DNA of 45,447 nucleotides from Gemmatimonadota bacterium (GCA_038128265.1 JAYPJE010000014.1:1-45447); one strand, 5' to 3'. Counted from the stretch's first letter, positions 28,426-38,158 are shown. Numbers and translations: made by a program. The notes: generated by a model not told the origin, from the letters alone.

Positions 28426-29541
28426 ATGGTTCAACAATGTATTCTTCTCCTCATCGCATGTAGCTATGCGCTTGCTCAACCCGCTAAGACACCCATTGCC
28501 GTAGTGGCCGATACCGGTCCCAACGCCGACTATGCGCAGTCCCTTGTCGAACAAGCACTCCAGAAGAGCGGTCGCTATATCTTGGTTGAACGCGAGCGCC
28601 TGGAAGAAGTGCTAAAAGAGGTTTCTCTGCAGCAGAGCGGCGTTACCAATCAGGAACGGGCCGTAGAAATTGGCCACCACCTCAACGTGCAGCAGCTCGT
28701 TTTTATGCAGACGCATCGCACGGGCCTCGACCACCAGCTGACGGCAAAAGTCATCGACGTGGCGACCAATGCCGTTCTACAAGTCGAAACGCAGAGCCTC
28801 GGGCCGCAGGGCCGCGATATCAAACCTGCTGCCGCTGCCCTCGCCCATCGCCTCATTGCACGCGCTAGCCTGCTGCGCTCCGTCGAGATGGTGCGCATTG
28901 CCGCCGGCCAATTCACTATGGGTTCAACAGACGGACTTCCCGACGAACGTCCTGCGCACGCGGTGCGGGTGGACGCGTTTCAAATCGACCGCTACGAAAT
29001 AAGCCGGATCGCCTTTGAAGACTGGTTAGTGCAGCAGGGACGCAAGCCGGAGGCCGACCTGAGCGATCCCAATCTGCCCGCCACCGGCGTTAGCTGGTCA
29101 GATGCCAGCGCCTTTTGCGCGGCGCGCGGCGCGCGCTTGCCCACAGAAGCGGAGTGGGAGTACGCCGCACGCGGCAGCACCCAGCGCACCTATCCCTGGG
29201 GCGATGCCATGCCCTCGCCGGAACGGGCGCGCTTTCAGGAGCGCGCACCCGTAGGCGCAGATCACCCGCTGCTCGGTAGCACACCCGAAGGCGTGCACCA
29301 TATGGCCGGCAACGTTGCCGAATGGGTGCAGGACTGGTGGGATCCGACCTACTATGCCCAGAGCGCACCGAGCAATCCCCAAGGGCCTGCGACCGGAAGT
29401 TATCGCGTTGTGCGCGGCGGATCGTGGAATCACGCGGCAGACGAGCTGCGCGCCAGCGCGCGCGCCTATCACAATCCACTGCGGGGCGCTGGGTTTATTG
29501 GCTTCCGCTGCGCCAGCGATATCGAAACCCCACGTCGTTAG
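28426..29541 (+). CDS. secreted CsgG/TolB-N-like domain fused to FGE-sulfatase (SUMF1-like) domain
   Basis: Signal peptide; ILVERERLEEVLKE..LQQSG..AVEIG; FTMGS, RLPTEAEWEYAARG, MAGNVAEW, RGGSW, GFRCA. Confidence 0.85.
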   Translation: MVQQCILLLIACSYALAQPAKTPIAVVADTGPNADYAQSLVEQALQKSGRYILVERERLEEVLKEVSLQQSGVTNQERAVEIGHHLNVQQLVFMQTHRTGLDHQLTAKVIDVATNAVLQVETQSLGPQGRDIKPAAAALAHRLIARASLLRSVEMVRIAAGQFTMGSTDGLPDERPAHAVRVDAFQIDRYEISRIAFEDWLVQQGRKPEADLSDPNLPATGVSWSDASAFCAARGARLPTEAEWEYAARGSTQRTYPWGDAMPSPERARFQERAPVGADHPLLGSTPEGVHHMAGNVAEWVQDWWDPTYYAQSAPSNPQGPATGSYRVVRGGSWNHAADELRASARAYHNPLRGAGFIGFRCASDIETPRR

Positions 29542-29719
29542 CCTCTTAGCAGGTGATTGGGCTCGAATCAGCGCACCGCATCTGGCCTTAATTCATTTTG
29601 CAAGCGATCTTTGTTGGGCCCGTGCGCTGCACAAACCGGGACAGCACACCCAGCGAACCGACTAGGCCGCACGGACAGACAGACTGCAGAGACACCCATT
29701 ACTTTACGAACGGACGCGC

Positions 29720-30922
29720 GTGAACTACCCCCCTCTCTTGTTGCGCAAAAACAGCGAGCATGCGCTGCGCAACGGGCACCCTTGGGTCTTTAGCGGTGCC
29801 GTAGCTCGAAAGCCCAATGCCAGCCCCGGCGATATCGTCGATGTGCTCGATGCCAACGAGCGCTTTGTGTGTAGGGGATTTTACAACCCGCGCGCTATGA
29901 TTCGCGTGCGGGCTCTGACGCGCGACGCCGACGAACGCATTGACGAGCACTTTGTAGCCACGCGCTTGGAGCGCGCCCTACAGCTGCGCCAGCGAGCCGG
30001 CCTGCACGCCCAGACCAATGCGCTGCGCCTCGTGCACGGAGAGGGAGACGGCCTGCCGGGCCTCATTGTAGACGACTATGCCGGCTTCCTCGTCGTGCAG
30101 TTCCATACGCTGGGCATGGAATCGATTAGAGAAATGGTGCTCGACGTGCTTGAGAAACAGCTCGCACCGCGCGGCATATACGAGCGCAGCGACGTCGGCA
30201 CGCGCCGCGCCGAAGGACTAGACGATCGCCCCACCGGTTTGCTGCGAGGCGCAGAGCCACCAGAATTTGTCGAAGTCGAAGAGGCGGGTGTGCGCCTCTT
30301 TATCGATGTATACCGCGGGCAGAAAACGGGTTTCTTCATCGACCAGCGCTCCAACCGCACACAGGTGCAACAGCTGGCGACCAAGGCCGATGTGCTGAAC
30401 CTATTTGCCTATTCGAGCGCGTTCTCTGCGCACGCGCTGCGCGGCGGCGCGCGCAGCGTGCTCGACGTCGACATCTCCCAACGCGCACCGTTTGCTGCGC
30501 GGCGCAACGTAGAAGCCAATCGCCCCCCGGACGCAGCGCACCAATACCTAGTCGCCGATGCCTTCCCCTTTATCGAAGACCTGGCAAAGGGCGGACCGCG
30601 CTACGATATAGTCGTCGTCGATCCGCCTTCGCTCGTGCGCAAAAGAGACCGCGAGCAGGTCAAGCGCGCGATGGGTGTCTATACCAAACTCAACCGCAAT
30701 GCCATGCGCGTAATACGCGACGGCGGCCTGCTAGTAACGGCTTCCTGCTCGACCCCTATTGCTCAGGAAGACTTTTTTGAGGTCGTGCGCCGCGCCTGCA
30801 CTAGCGCGCGCGTGCAGGCGCGTATCCTCTCGTATAACCTGCACGCCGCCGATCACCCCGTCGACCCGACCTTCCCCGACGGGCGCTATCTCAAGTGCAT
30901 TATCGCCCAGATCTGGCGCTAA
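29720..30922 (+). CDS. RlmI/RlmK-like class I SAM-dependent rRNA methyltransferase
   Basis: PUA-like GHPWVF, GEGDGLPGLIVD, GQKTGFFIDQR, VLNLFAY, DPPS, TASCS, YLK. Confidence 0.92.
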   Translation: MNYPPLLLRKNSEHALRNGHPWVFSGAVARKPNASPGDIVDVLDANERFVCRGFYNPRAMIRVRALTRDADERIDEHFVATRLERALQLRQRAGLHAQTNALRLVHGEGDGLPGLIVDDYAGFLVVQFHTLGMESIREMVLDVLEKQLAPRGIYERSDVGTRRAEGLDDRPTGLLRGAEPPEFVEVEEAGVRLFIDVYRGQKTGFFIDQRSNRTQVQQLATKADVLNLFAYSSAFSAHALRGGARSVLDVDISQRAPFAARRNVEANRPPDAAHQYLVADAFPFIEDLAKGGPRYDIVVVDPPSLVRKRDREQVKRAMGVYTKLNRNAMRVIRDGGLLVTASCSTPIAQEDFFEVVRRACTSARVQARILSYNLHAADHPVDPTFPDGRYLKCIIAQIWR

Positions 30923-31554
30923 TGGACCAGTGCGGCGCGCACGGGCGCGCCATCGGCTTCCACCTTTATGGGCAGACAGATTAGCTCATACGCCCCTTGC
31001 GAGACATCCTGTAAGTCCAACGCTTCAACAATGACGACACCGGCAGCCAAGAGCAGGCGATGCACCGGCAGATCGGCGGCGTTAAAGCCGTCAATCGACA
31101 GCGAGTCAATACCGACCAACTGCACGCCGGATCGCACGAGAAACTCGGCGGCGTCTGTTTGTAAATAGCCGAAGTCCTCGCAAAACCCATGCTCCTTGAG
31201 GCGGCGACTTGCGCCCGTTTTTATCAGGGCACGCCGCGTTCCTTCAGCCCACTGGCTCTGCAAATCGCCCGCCCCCAATCCATATCGCACATCGCCAAAG
31301 TCAAATAGCTGTGCCGGACCAATCAGCACGTCGAGCGGAATCTGATCTACTGTTTCACCCGCATCAAATAAATGGCGAGGCGCATCGAGATGCGTCCCTG
31401 TATGCAGGCTAAACTGCATGTGTGAGGTAGTACAGCCGTGTTCCTGTATACTGCTAAACGCCTCAATACTCACAGGTGGATCACCGGGAAACACCGTTGA
31501 GCGGGGAGAGATGCTCAGCGTTATATCGCGATAGCTAGCCTGTCTAAGGTCCAT
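30919..31554 (-). CDS. cyclase family protein (kynurenine formamidase-like)
   Basis: HTGTHLDAPRH, GIDSLSID, VHRLLL, VE, DGAPVRA. Confidence 0.92.
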   Translation of the reverse strand: MDLRQASYRDITLSISPRSTVFPGDPPVSIEAFSSIQEHGCTTSHMQFSLHTGTHLDAPRHLFDAGETVDQIPLDVLIGPAQLFDFGDVRYGLGAGDLQSQWAEGTRRALIKTGASRRLKEHGFCEDFGYLQTDAAEFLVRSGVQLVGIDSLSIDGFNAADLPVHRLLLAAGVVIVEALDLQDVSQGAYELICLPIKVEADGAPVRAALVH

Positions 31555-31563
31555 ATGCGCTCC

Positions 31564-31597
31564 AATAAAAACGGGGACGAGCCCAAGCCCGTCCCCG
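31564..31597 (-). terminator. Rho-independent terminator after the giant FN3 gene
   Basis: Minus strand CGGGGACGGGC-TTGG-GCTCGTCCCCG followed by TTTTTATT. Confidence 0.85.
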
Positions 31598-31624
31598 CAT
31601 CGTCAAAGAATGGAACAACTGCGT

Positions 31625-34600
31625 TTAGCGCACCAACAGCATCCGTCCAGTATACTGGTGCGCCCGCGTCTGCAGCGCGTAGAAATAGACGCCGCTCGCC
31701 GCGAGCCGCCCTGCTTCGTCGCGACTATCCCACGCCACGGTATAGCGCCCCGCCGCCATAGGTCCATCGACGAGACGGCGCACCTCTCGACCCAGCACGT
31801 CGTATATCACCAGCGCGACGGCGTCCTCTTCGCTCAGCGAAAAGCGCAGCAGAGTCGATGCGTTAAACGGGTTGGGCGCGTTGAGCCCTACGCCGGTAAC
31901 CAGCGGTTCGTCGCCTGCATCGGATAGGCCCTTGCCGGCAACGCGTTCCGTTATGAGCACCTCCGTTGGCCGCGACATGCTGCTCTGCTGCTGGCTACCA
32001 TTCACAGCGGCGATTTTAAAATAGTAGGTGCGTCCCACTTCCAGATGGGTGATATCGCCTTTGCGCAGTCGCCGGCCGGCATAGAGCTCATCTACCCACG
32101 GAACTAGCGGATCGCGACCAAAATAGGCGGCAAATCGCGCACTGATTTCCGCACGACTAGCGTTGATACCGAGTCCCATATCAACCACGTTGAACGCCTC
32201 TGGCAGCGGCACAATATCGGCGATATCTGCGCGCAGATCGCCGTCGGCGCGCACGGAATCGATCAGCGTCAGTCCATCCGGTTCGTATCCAGCATAGACC
32301 CGGTAGCGCAGCACGTCTTCCTCCGGATTGGGCTGCCAACTCAGCGATATGCGCCCCGACGTCATCGTCGTCTGGAGCCCCTGCGGAACTAAAACGACCC
32401 CGCTGCGCAACCCCGCAACGGCAGCGCTGAGCTCCGTGGCGTGTGCTCCCTCTGCGCTGCTAGCCACTTGCACATAGTAGTAATACGTCTGGTCGGGATC
32501 GGCAGTGCGATCGTCAAAAAGGCCCCATCGCACCCATTCCGTAATTGGCTCGGCCTGCTGCGGATCGCCGGTAGCAGACCGGTGCAGGCGCGCAAACGCC
32601 GCTGCCGGCTCGCGCTCCCAGTGCACGCGCACATAGTCCTTAAAATCGCCCCACGTAGCCTCAACCACATGCGGCGAGGCCAGTGGTCCGGTGCGCCGCC
32701 CGACGCCGACAGAGCTCAGAGCACTGGCGACGTCGCCATCGGCCCTATTGGCCGCGCGCACCCAGTAGTAGTTGTCGCCCGGGACGGCGGCCAGGTGCTC
32801 GAGAGCCGTTTCACCTTGCCAAGGCCCTATCGGCTGCGCCGTCGGCGCATCGTTCTGCACGCTGTGGTAGACGCGATAGGCCACAGCGCCCGGCACTTCA
32901 ATCCAATTGATGCGCACTCGATCGGCCAGTTCGCGAGTAGCGGCAACCACGGTCGGCGCCATTAAACCGCGCATGCCCACATAGCCGGGGCTCAAGTCGC
33001 TGGCCCCGTCGCCGCTCGCCGATTCCGCGGCGCGCAGAAAATAGTAATACGGCACGCCCGGCTCAGCGCTGTCATCGGCCCAGCGCAGCGCCTGCTGCCA
33101 TCCGCTCAGCGGTTCGGCCAGCTCGGGGCGATTTTCGACGTGGCGATAGACTTGGTAATAGGTCGCACCCCATACGGGAAACCAGCTTAGCTCAATATGT
33201 GCGGCATCGTCCGCGCTCACGCTCAGCGGCACGGTAGACGATGCGTATACATTGCCAGCACTCGGCGCACTGGCGCGGCCATTGGCATTAACGGCTACGA
33301 CGCGAAAAAAGTACGATCTATCGCTCCGCAGCTGCGCAATCTCATCGCGCGGCAGACGCCGACCCCCATAGAGCTCTGCCAATTCAAAGTCGGACGGCGC
33401 ACGCTCAAACATGCGCTCAAAGGTCTCGGCGATCGTTTGGCGATCGTCGGCCAGACTCAACCCCATATCCACCAAGTTAAATGCCTCTGGCAGGGGGAAT
33501 ACGCTGGATATGTCCACGCGGGGAAATACGCCCGGTTCAACGGTGGCAATGTGCACGAGCGAATCGGGATTCGACGCGCCGTACACGCGGTATTCGACGA
33601 TGTCGAACTCGCCGTTGGCAGACCAACTCAGGGCAATGCGGCCCTGGGAGGGAACGACCTGGAAGTCAGCAGGGGGCGATACGGCGGCATAGCCGCGCAC
33701 GCCAGCGCTGTATGCACTGGCCATCTGGCCATCTGCGGCCGTAGCCGCGCGCACAAAGTAGTGATAGATCGTTCCCGGATTGGCGTTCCGATCGACAAAC
33801 GATGTCTCCGTCTGCCAGCCGGTTCCCAACTCCTGTGCCGCCAGCGCATCCCCCACCGTCGCGCGGTAAATCTGGTAATGCGTCGCCCCATCGGCCGCTG
33901 GCCACTCCAAGAGCACCTGGAGGCTATCGCCCGTAGTCGCCTGCACGACAAGCGGCGGCTGCAGTCCGACATAGCCGCTTCCAACCTCGCTCAGCGAGCT
34001 AGAATGTGCTCCCGCCGAATCCGAAGCCGCACGCACGAAGTAGTAGACCTGCTGTCCCGGCCCCCGCGTCGAGTCCGTCCAGCTGTTTGCGGCCATCCAC
34101 CCGCTCACCGCCTCCGCATTGGAGGCATCGCTCGAAGCGCTTCGATATACGCGATAGTAGCGCGCTCCAGATACCGCATCCCAGCGCACGTGCGCCGCAT
34201 TGACGATGCCCTGCGACACAAGCGGTGACGGCGGCGGCTGCAGCCCTCGATAGGCGACGGCACCGTCGCTGAAGTTGCTGGCCGCCTCGCCAGCCGAGCC
34301 CGATGCCGCGCGCACAAAGTAGTGATACGATACGCCAGGAGCGGTGTCTGCGTCGTCGAAGAACGTAGCCGACTGCCAGTCGCTTATTGGGTACACTGTA
34401 ACATTGTATAGGTCGCTCGTGCGGTAAACCTGATAGTGCGTCGCACCGCTCACCGGCGTCCAGGCGATGCGCACGCCCTCAACACCCCCCGTCGATCCCA
34501 GCACCGTTACCGGCGGCTGCACGCTGCGCACGCCTTGTCCACCGCCGCCAAAGGCACTGGCGCGATGGCCCAAGTTGCTGGTAGCCGCACGCACGAAGTA

Positions 34601-37600
34601 GTGATATTCCACGCCGGGCTCTGACCCTTCGTCGATGTAGCTGACGTCCGACTGCCAGCCAGCCAGCGGCTCGGCCATGCTCGTATCGGCAGTCGCCGAT
34701 CGGTAGACGCGATAGTGCGAAGCGCCCTCAACGCCGGTCCACAGCAGCGAGACATCGCCGCTAGCGCTGCGCGACACGCTCAGAATAGACGGGCCGCGCA
34801 GGGTGCGATATGCGCCTTGCGCCCCGCCGATGGGCCCCGGATTTGTCCCCTGTCCATCAATCGCGGCGCGCACGAAATAGTAGTAGACCACGCCGGGGCG
34901 CGCGCCGACATCGATCCATTCCGTTCCACTGAACCAGCCCGTCACCGGCGCCGAGCGCTCGGGATAGGGCCATTCGCCGCGGTATACCTGGTAATGCGAC
35001 GCATGCTCAACCGCACCCCAGCGGATAACAACCCGATCGGGATCGCCTCCCTCGGCCTGCACCTGCGACACCGCACCCAACAGGCGATGGACGCTGTTAG
35101 CAGCCGCCGCACTGACGCGGGCGCCGAGCGCATCGGTCGCTGCGCGAACAAAGTAATAATACGTCACGCCGGGCACGGCAGACGCATCGTCAAACGAGGT
35201 CTCCGTCAGCCATCCGCCCAGCGGGTCCGCCGTGGCGGCATCATTTACCGTCGAACGCAGCACCTGGTAGTGCGAAGCGCCCAGCACCGCAGACCATTCC
35301 AAGCGCACGCCCTGCGACTCGGCCCGCAGATTCAACTCGGCCGGTGATGCGAGGGGGCGAAACCCCTCAACAGCAGCGCTGAGCGGACTTGCGCGCAAGC
35401 CGCTGGCATCGGTCGCTGCGCGGATAAAATAGTGGTGTGTCACGCCTGGCACAGCGGACGCATCTTCGAACGACGTGCTGCGCTGCCACTGAGTCAGCGC
35501 AACGGCCGCTGAGGCATCGTTTTCCGTCGAACGCAGCACCTGATAGTGCGTGGCACCCGGCATAGAAGACCACTCTAGGCGCAGCGAAGCGGCACTCTGC
35601 TCAACTAATGCCAGCTGCAGCGGTCGACTGAGCGCGCGAAAGCCGGCGCCCTGATCACCCAGATCACCGGCGTTGATCCCCATATCGCCGGGTGCAGCCT
35701 TGACCCAATAAAAGTAATCTACGCCTGGAATAGCCGACTGATCGGTGAAGTATCGCGCGCGCAGCCAGTTGGAGACCGGACGCGCACTGGCAACTTCCTG
35801 CTGGCGGCTGCGATACACGCGATAGTGCGTGGCACCGGAAACGGGCGACCACTCGACTTCAACACCCGTCGCCAAACCGGCCGATGCGAGCACGCTGCGC
35901 ACCGGAGCCAGCGCCCGAAAGCCACTATTGACGGCGCTCATTGGGCTGGCGCTTTCTCCCTGTGCATCGCCGGCGCTGCGCACAAAGTAGTAGTACATCT
36001 GCCCCGGACGCACGCCGCGATCGACAAACCGGCGCTCTTGCTGCCAGGCACTCAGCGGCAGCGCATGGACTGGATCGGCACTGTTGGAGCGATAAATTCG
36101 ATAGTGCGTGCCGCCCAAGACTTCATCCCAGCGTATTTCTATATGATCCACGTGAGCGCCGTCTGAGGCGATTACCTGCCCTGGAGCAACCAGCACATCT
36201 GCTCCGACATATCCATCGGCCGCTGCGCTGAAGCGGCCCGCAGCGCGACCACCGGAATCAAGCGCGGCCTTGACCCAATAGTAATAGCGCACGCCAGGCT
36301 GAGCCGATGCGTCGCTAAAATGCGTGCCGCGCTGCCACTCACTCAGCACAGTGCGGAAGTTTGCTTCGGTCATTTCGCTGCGATATACGCGATAGTATTC
36401 GGCCCCTGCCACAGGCTGCCAGTCCACCTCGACCTGGCCAGCAAATAGGCCGCGCGAAGCGCGTATGCCCGCCGGCGCGGGCATGGCCATAAAGCGCGTC
36501 GCCGCCGCACTCAGGCCGCTTGGAACGCTACCGTTCGCATCTACGGCCGCTTCAATCCAGTAGAAGTAGCGCACGCCGGGCAGTGCATCGACGTCAGCCC
36601 ACTCGCGCGCCGACTGCCAGTCGCCCACGGGCTGGGCCCGTCGCGCGTCTTCGCTCTCGGCGCGGTAGATGCGGTAGTATTGGCCACCTGGCACGCCGTC
36701 CCAGCGCAGCAGCACGCGACCATCGTCCGCTTCCTCCACAACAGGTGTAAGCGGCTTGTTTAGAGGAAGCAGGCCGCTGTGCGAAACGGCAAAACCGCTC
36801 TGCCGCTCGCCGCTGGCGCTCACTGCGGCTTCCACCCAATAGTAGTAGCGCACACCAGGCGTAATATCCGCATCGGCAAACGTTAGCTCGCTCTGCCAAT
36901 CGCCCTGCGGCTGTGCGCTGGTAACGCGCGGCTGCTCGCCGCGGTAGATGCGGTAGTGCGTTGCTCCATCTACCGCATACCAAGCGATCTCAAGGCCCTC
37001 GCGGCCTGCCTGCACGCCGCGCAGCTGCGGCTGGCTCAGCATCCGATACGCGCTGGACATGCCGCCAAAGGCACTAGCGCGCACGCCGCGCTCGCTCGTT
37101 GCCTTGACCCAGTAGTAGTAGGAGGTGCCGGGCGCGGCGCTGGCGTCGACAAACGAGCGCTCGGACAGCCACTCGCTAATCGCCCGCGCGCTGCTGCTAT
37201 CGGGGCGAGCACTGCGCCACACTTGGTACAGCTGCGCGCCGGGCGTATCGCGCCAAAGCAGGCGAACGCCCTCCAGCGAACGCATGGCGACTGCGTCGGG
37301 TGCTTCTACTCCTCGGTAGGCGTATAGCGGAGAGCTAAAAGCACCGGCGCGCTCGCCGCGCGCTCCCGTAGCCGCCTTTACATAGTAATAGTAGCGCATG
37401 CCCGGCTCGGCGCTCACATCGACAAACGCTCTCCCCGCCTGCCAGGCCGACAGCGGCTCGGCGGCACTCGTATCAACTTTTGCGCTGCGGTATACTCGGT
37501 AGTAATGCGCACCCAACACCTCGTCCCAGGCCAGTTCAACCGGCGCCGAACCCCTCGTAGCCAGCGCGCGCAGCGCCGTCTGCCCGATTACCCCAACGCG

Positions 37601-37942
37601 CGCATAGCCGCTAACCATGGCGCTGAAATCGCTTGCATCGTCGCCCAACGAAGAGCTGGCGGCCTTCACCCAGTAATAGTAGCGGACGCCCTCTACAGCG
37701 CTGCGATCTTCAAAGACGTTGCCTTGCTGCCAGCCGGATAACACCATGCGAAAAGCCAGATCGGGGCGCGTGCTGCGATAAACCCTATAGGCCTGTGCTC
37801 CTTCCACAGGCGCCCAGCGCACGATAACTCGGTCCGCATAAAACCCCTCGCTGACCGCCAGACCCAGCGGAGCCTCCGTAGCACGCGCGTTCACCGCGTA
37901 GACTAGAGCCAACAGAGAACAAAACAACCAGCGCTTCATCAT
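31625..37942 (-). CDS. giant secreted fibronectin type III-like repeat protein (about 20 modules) with C-terminal FlgD-Ig/T9SS-like sorting domain
   Basis: Signal peptide; repeated ~90-aa unit W..V.GA..YRVYRS...W....F.D....PG..Y.Y.V.AA...G...S..S; C-terminal NAPNPFNAST..IYDVLGREVRRL..WDSRDEAG..ASGVYFY. Confidence 0.88.
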   Translation of the reverse strand: MMKRWLFCSLLALVYAVNARATEAPLGLAVSEGFYADRVIVRWAPVEGAQAYRVYRSTRPDLAFRMVLSGWQQGNVFEDRSAVEGVRYYYWVKAASSSLGDDASDFSAMVSGYARVGVIGQTALRALATRGSAPVELAWDEVLGAHYYRVYRSAKVDTSAAEPLSAWQAGRAFVDVSAEPGMRYYYYVKAATGARGERAGAFSSPLYAYRGVEAPDAVAMRSLEGVRLLWRDTPGAQLYQVWRSARPDSSSARAISEWLSERSFVDASAAPGTSYYYWVKATSERGVRASAFGGMSSAYRMLSQPQLRGVQAGREGLEIAWYAVDGATHYRIYRGEQPRVTSAQPQGDWQSELTFADADITPGVRYYYWVEAAVSASGERQSGFAVSHSGLLPLNKPLTPVVEEADDGRVLLRWDGVPGGQYYRIYRAESEDARRAQPVGDWQSAREWADVDALPGVRYFYWIEAAVDANGSVPSGLSAAATRFMAMPAPAGIRASRGLFAGQVEVDWQPVAGAEYYRVYRSEMTEANFRTVLSEWQRGTHFSDASAQPGVRYYYWVKAALDSGGRAAGRFSAAADGYVGADVLVAPGQVIASDGAHVDHIEIRWDEVLGGTHYRIYRSNSADPVHALPLSAWQQERRFVDRGVRPGQMYYYFVRSAGDAQGESASPMSAVNSGFRALAPVRSVLASAGLATGVEVEWSPVSGATHYRVYRSRQQEVASARPVSNWLRARYFTDQSAIPGVDYFYWVKAAPGDMGINAGDLGDQGAGFRALSRPLQLALVEQSAASLRLEWSSMPGATHYQVLRSTENDASAAVALTQWQRSTSFEDASAVPGVTHHYFIRAATDASGLRASPLSAAVEGFRPLASPAELNLRAESQGVRLEWSAVLGASHYQVLRSTVNDAATADPLGGWLTETSFDDASAVPGVTYYYFVRAATDALGARVSAAAANSVHRLLGAVSQVQAEGGDPDRVVIRWGAVEHASHYQVYRGEWPYPERSAPVTGWFSGTEWIDVGARPGVVYYYFVRAAIDGQGTNPGPIGGAQGAYRTLRGPSILSVSRSASGDVSLLWTGVEGASHYRVYRSATADTSMAEPLAGWQSDVSYIDEGSEPGVEYHYFVRAATSNLGHRASAFGGGGQGVRSVQPPVTVLGSTGGVEGVRIAWTPVSGATHYQVYRTSDLYNVTVYPISDWQSATFFDDADTAPGVSYHYFVRAASGSAGEAASNFSDGAVAYRGLQPPPSPLVSQGIVNAAHVRWDAVSGARYYRVYRSASSDASNAEAVSGWMAANSWTDSTRGPGQQVYYFVRAASDSAGAHSSSLSEVGSGYVGLQPPLVVQATTGDSLQVLLEWPAADGATHYQIYRATVGDALAAQELGTGWQTETSFVDRNANPGTIYHYFVRAATAADGQMASAYSAGVRGYAAVSPPADFQVVPSQGRIALSWSANGEFDIVEYRVYGASNPDSLVHIATVEPGVFPRVDISSVFPLPEAFNLVDMGLSLADDRQTIAETFERMFERAPSDFELAELYGGRRLPRDEIAQLRSDRSYFFRVVAVNANGRASAPSAGNVYASSTVPLSVSADDAAHIELSWFPVWGATYYQVYRHVENRPELAEPLSGWQQALRWADDSAEPGVPYYYFLRAAESASGDGASDLSPGYVGMRGLMAPTVVAATRELADRVRINWIEVPGAVAYRVYHSVQNDAPTAQPIGPWQGETALEHLAAVPGDNYYWVRAANRADGDVASALSSVGVGRRTGPLASPHVVEATWGDFKDYVRVHWEREPAAAFARLHRSATGDPQQAEPITEWVRWGLFDDRTADPDQTYYYYVQVASSAEGAHATELSAAVAGLRSGVVLVPQGLQTTMTSGRISLSWQPNPEEDVLRYRVYAGYEPDGLTLIDSVRADGDLRADIADIVPLPEAFNVVDMGLGINASRAEISARFAAYFGRDPLVPWVDELYAGRRLRKGDITHLEVGRTYYFKIAAVNGSQQQSSMSRPTEVLITERVAGKGLSDAGDEPLVTGVGLNAPNPFNASTLLRFSLSEEDAVALVIYDVLGREVRRLVDGPMAAGRYTVAWDSRDEAGRLAASGVYFYALQTRAHQYTGRMLLVR

Positions 37943-38129
37943 TGCCTATTCCTCACCAGAGCAAGCGCGTCCCAACACAGGGCGCGCAGTATGTGCAATT
38001 TGAGGACGGGGAGAGAACGCGCGCGACATTCCGGCGCTATAGACCGGGCGCAGTTCACTAAGTGCAAATGTTAAGGAGTGGGGATAACTGCTTGCAGGAG
38101 AATCGGGAACAGGGGTGTTCCTTCTGCCA

Positions 38130-38158
38130 ATTTTACGCCCTCATAGCCTTTTTGTCAA
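38130..38158 (-). promoter_or_regulatory. sigma70-type promoter of the giant FN3 gene
   Basis: Minus strand TTGACA-17 nt-TAAAAT; implies a leader of about 180 nt. Confidence 0.7.

Noticed and set aside
29400..29541. DGR variable region in the FGE-domain gene
   Set aside because: No template-repeat copy and no reverse transcriptase in the window.
29542..29719. Possible sRNA or sigma54 promoter in the 178-bp gap
   Set aside because: GG-to-GC spacing does not fit -24/-12, and no convincing stem or known motif was found.
33197..35347. Long antisense ORFs (343 aa, 210 aa) and similar ones elsewhere in the window
   Set aside because: Expected stop-poor shadow frames in high-GC coding DNA; no recognisable motifs.
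31625..37942. CRISPR array or non-coding tandem repeat suggested by recurring tagtagta/gatagtgcg motifs
   Set aside because: These are reverse-complement codons for YYY/HYR motifs of ~270-bp protein repeats in one open frame.
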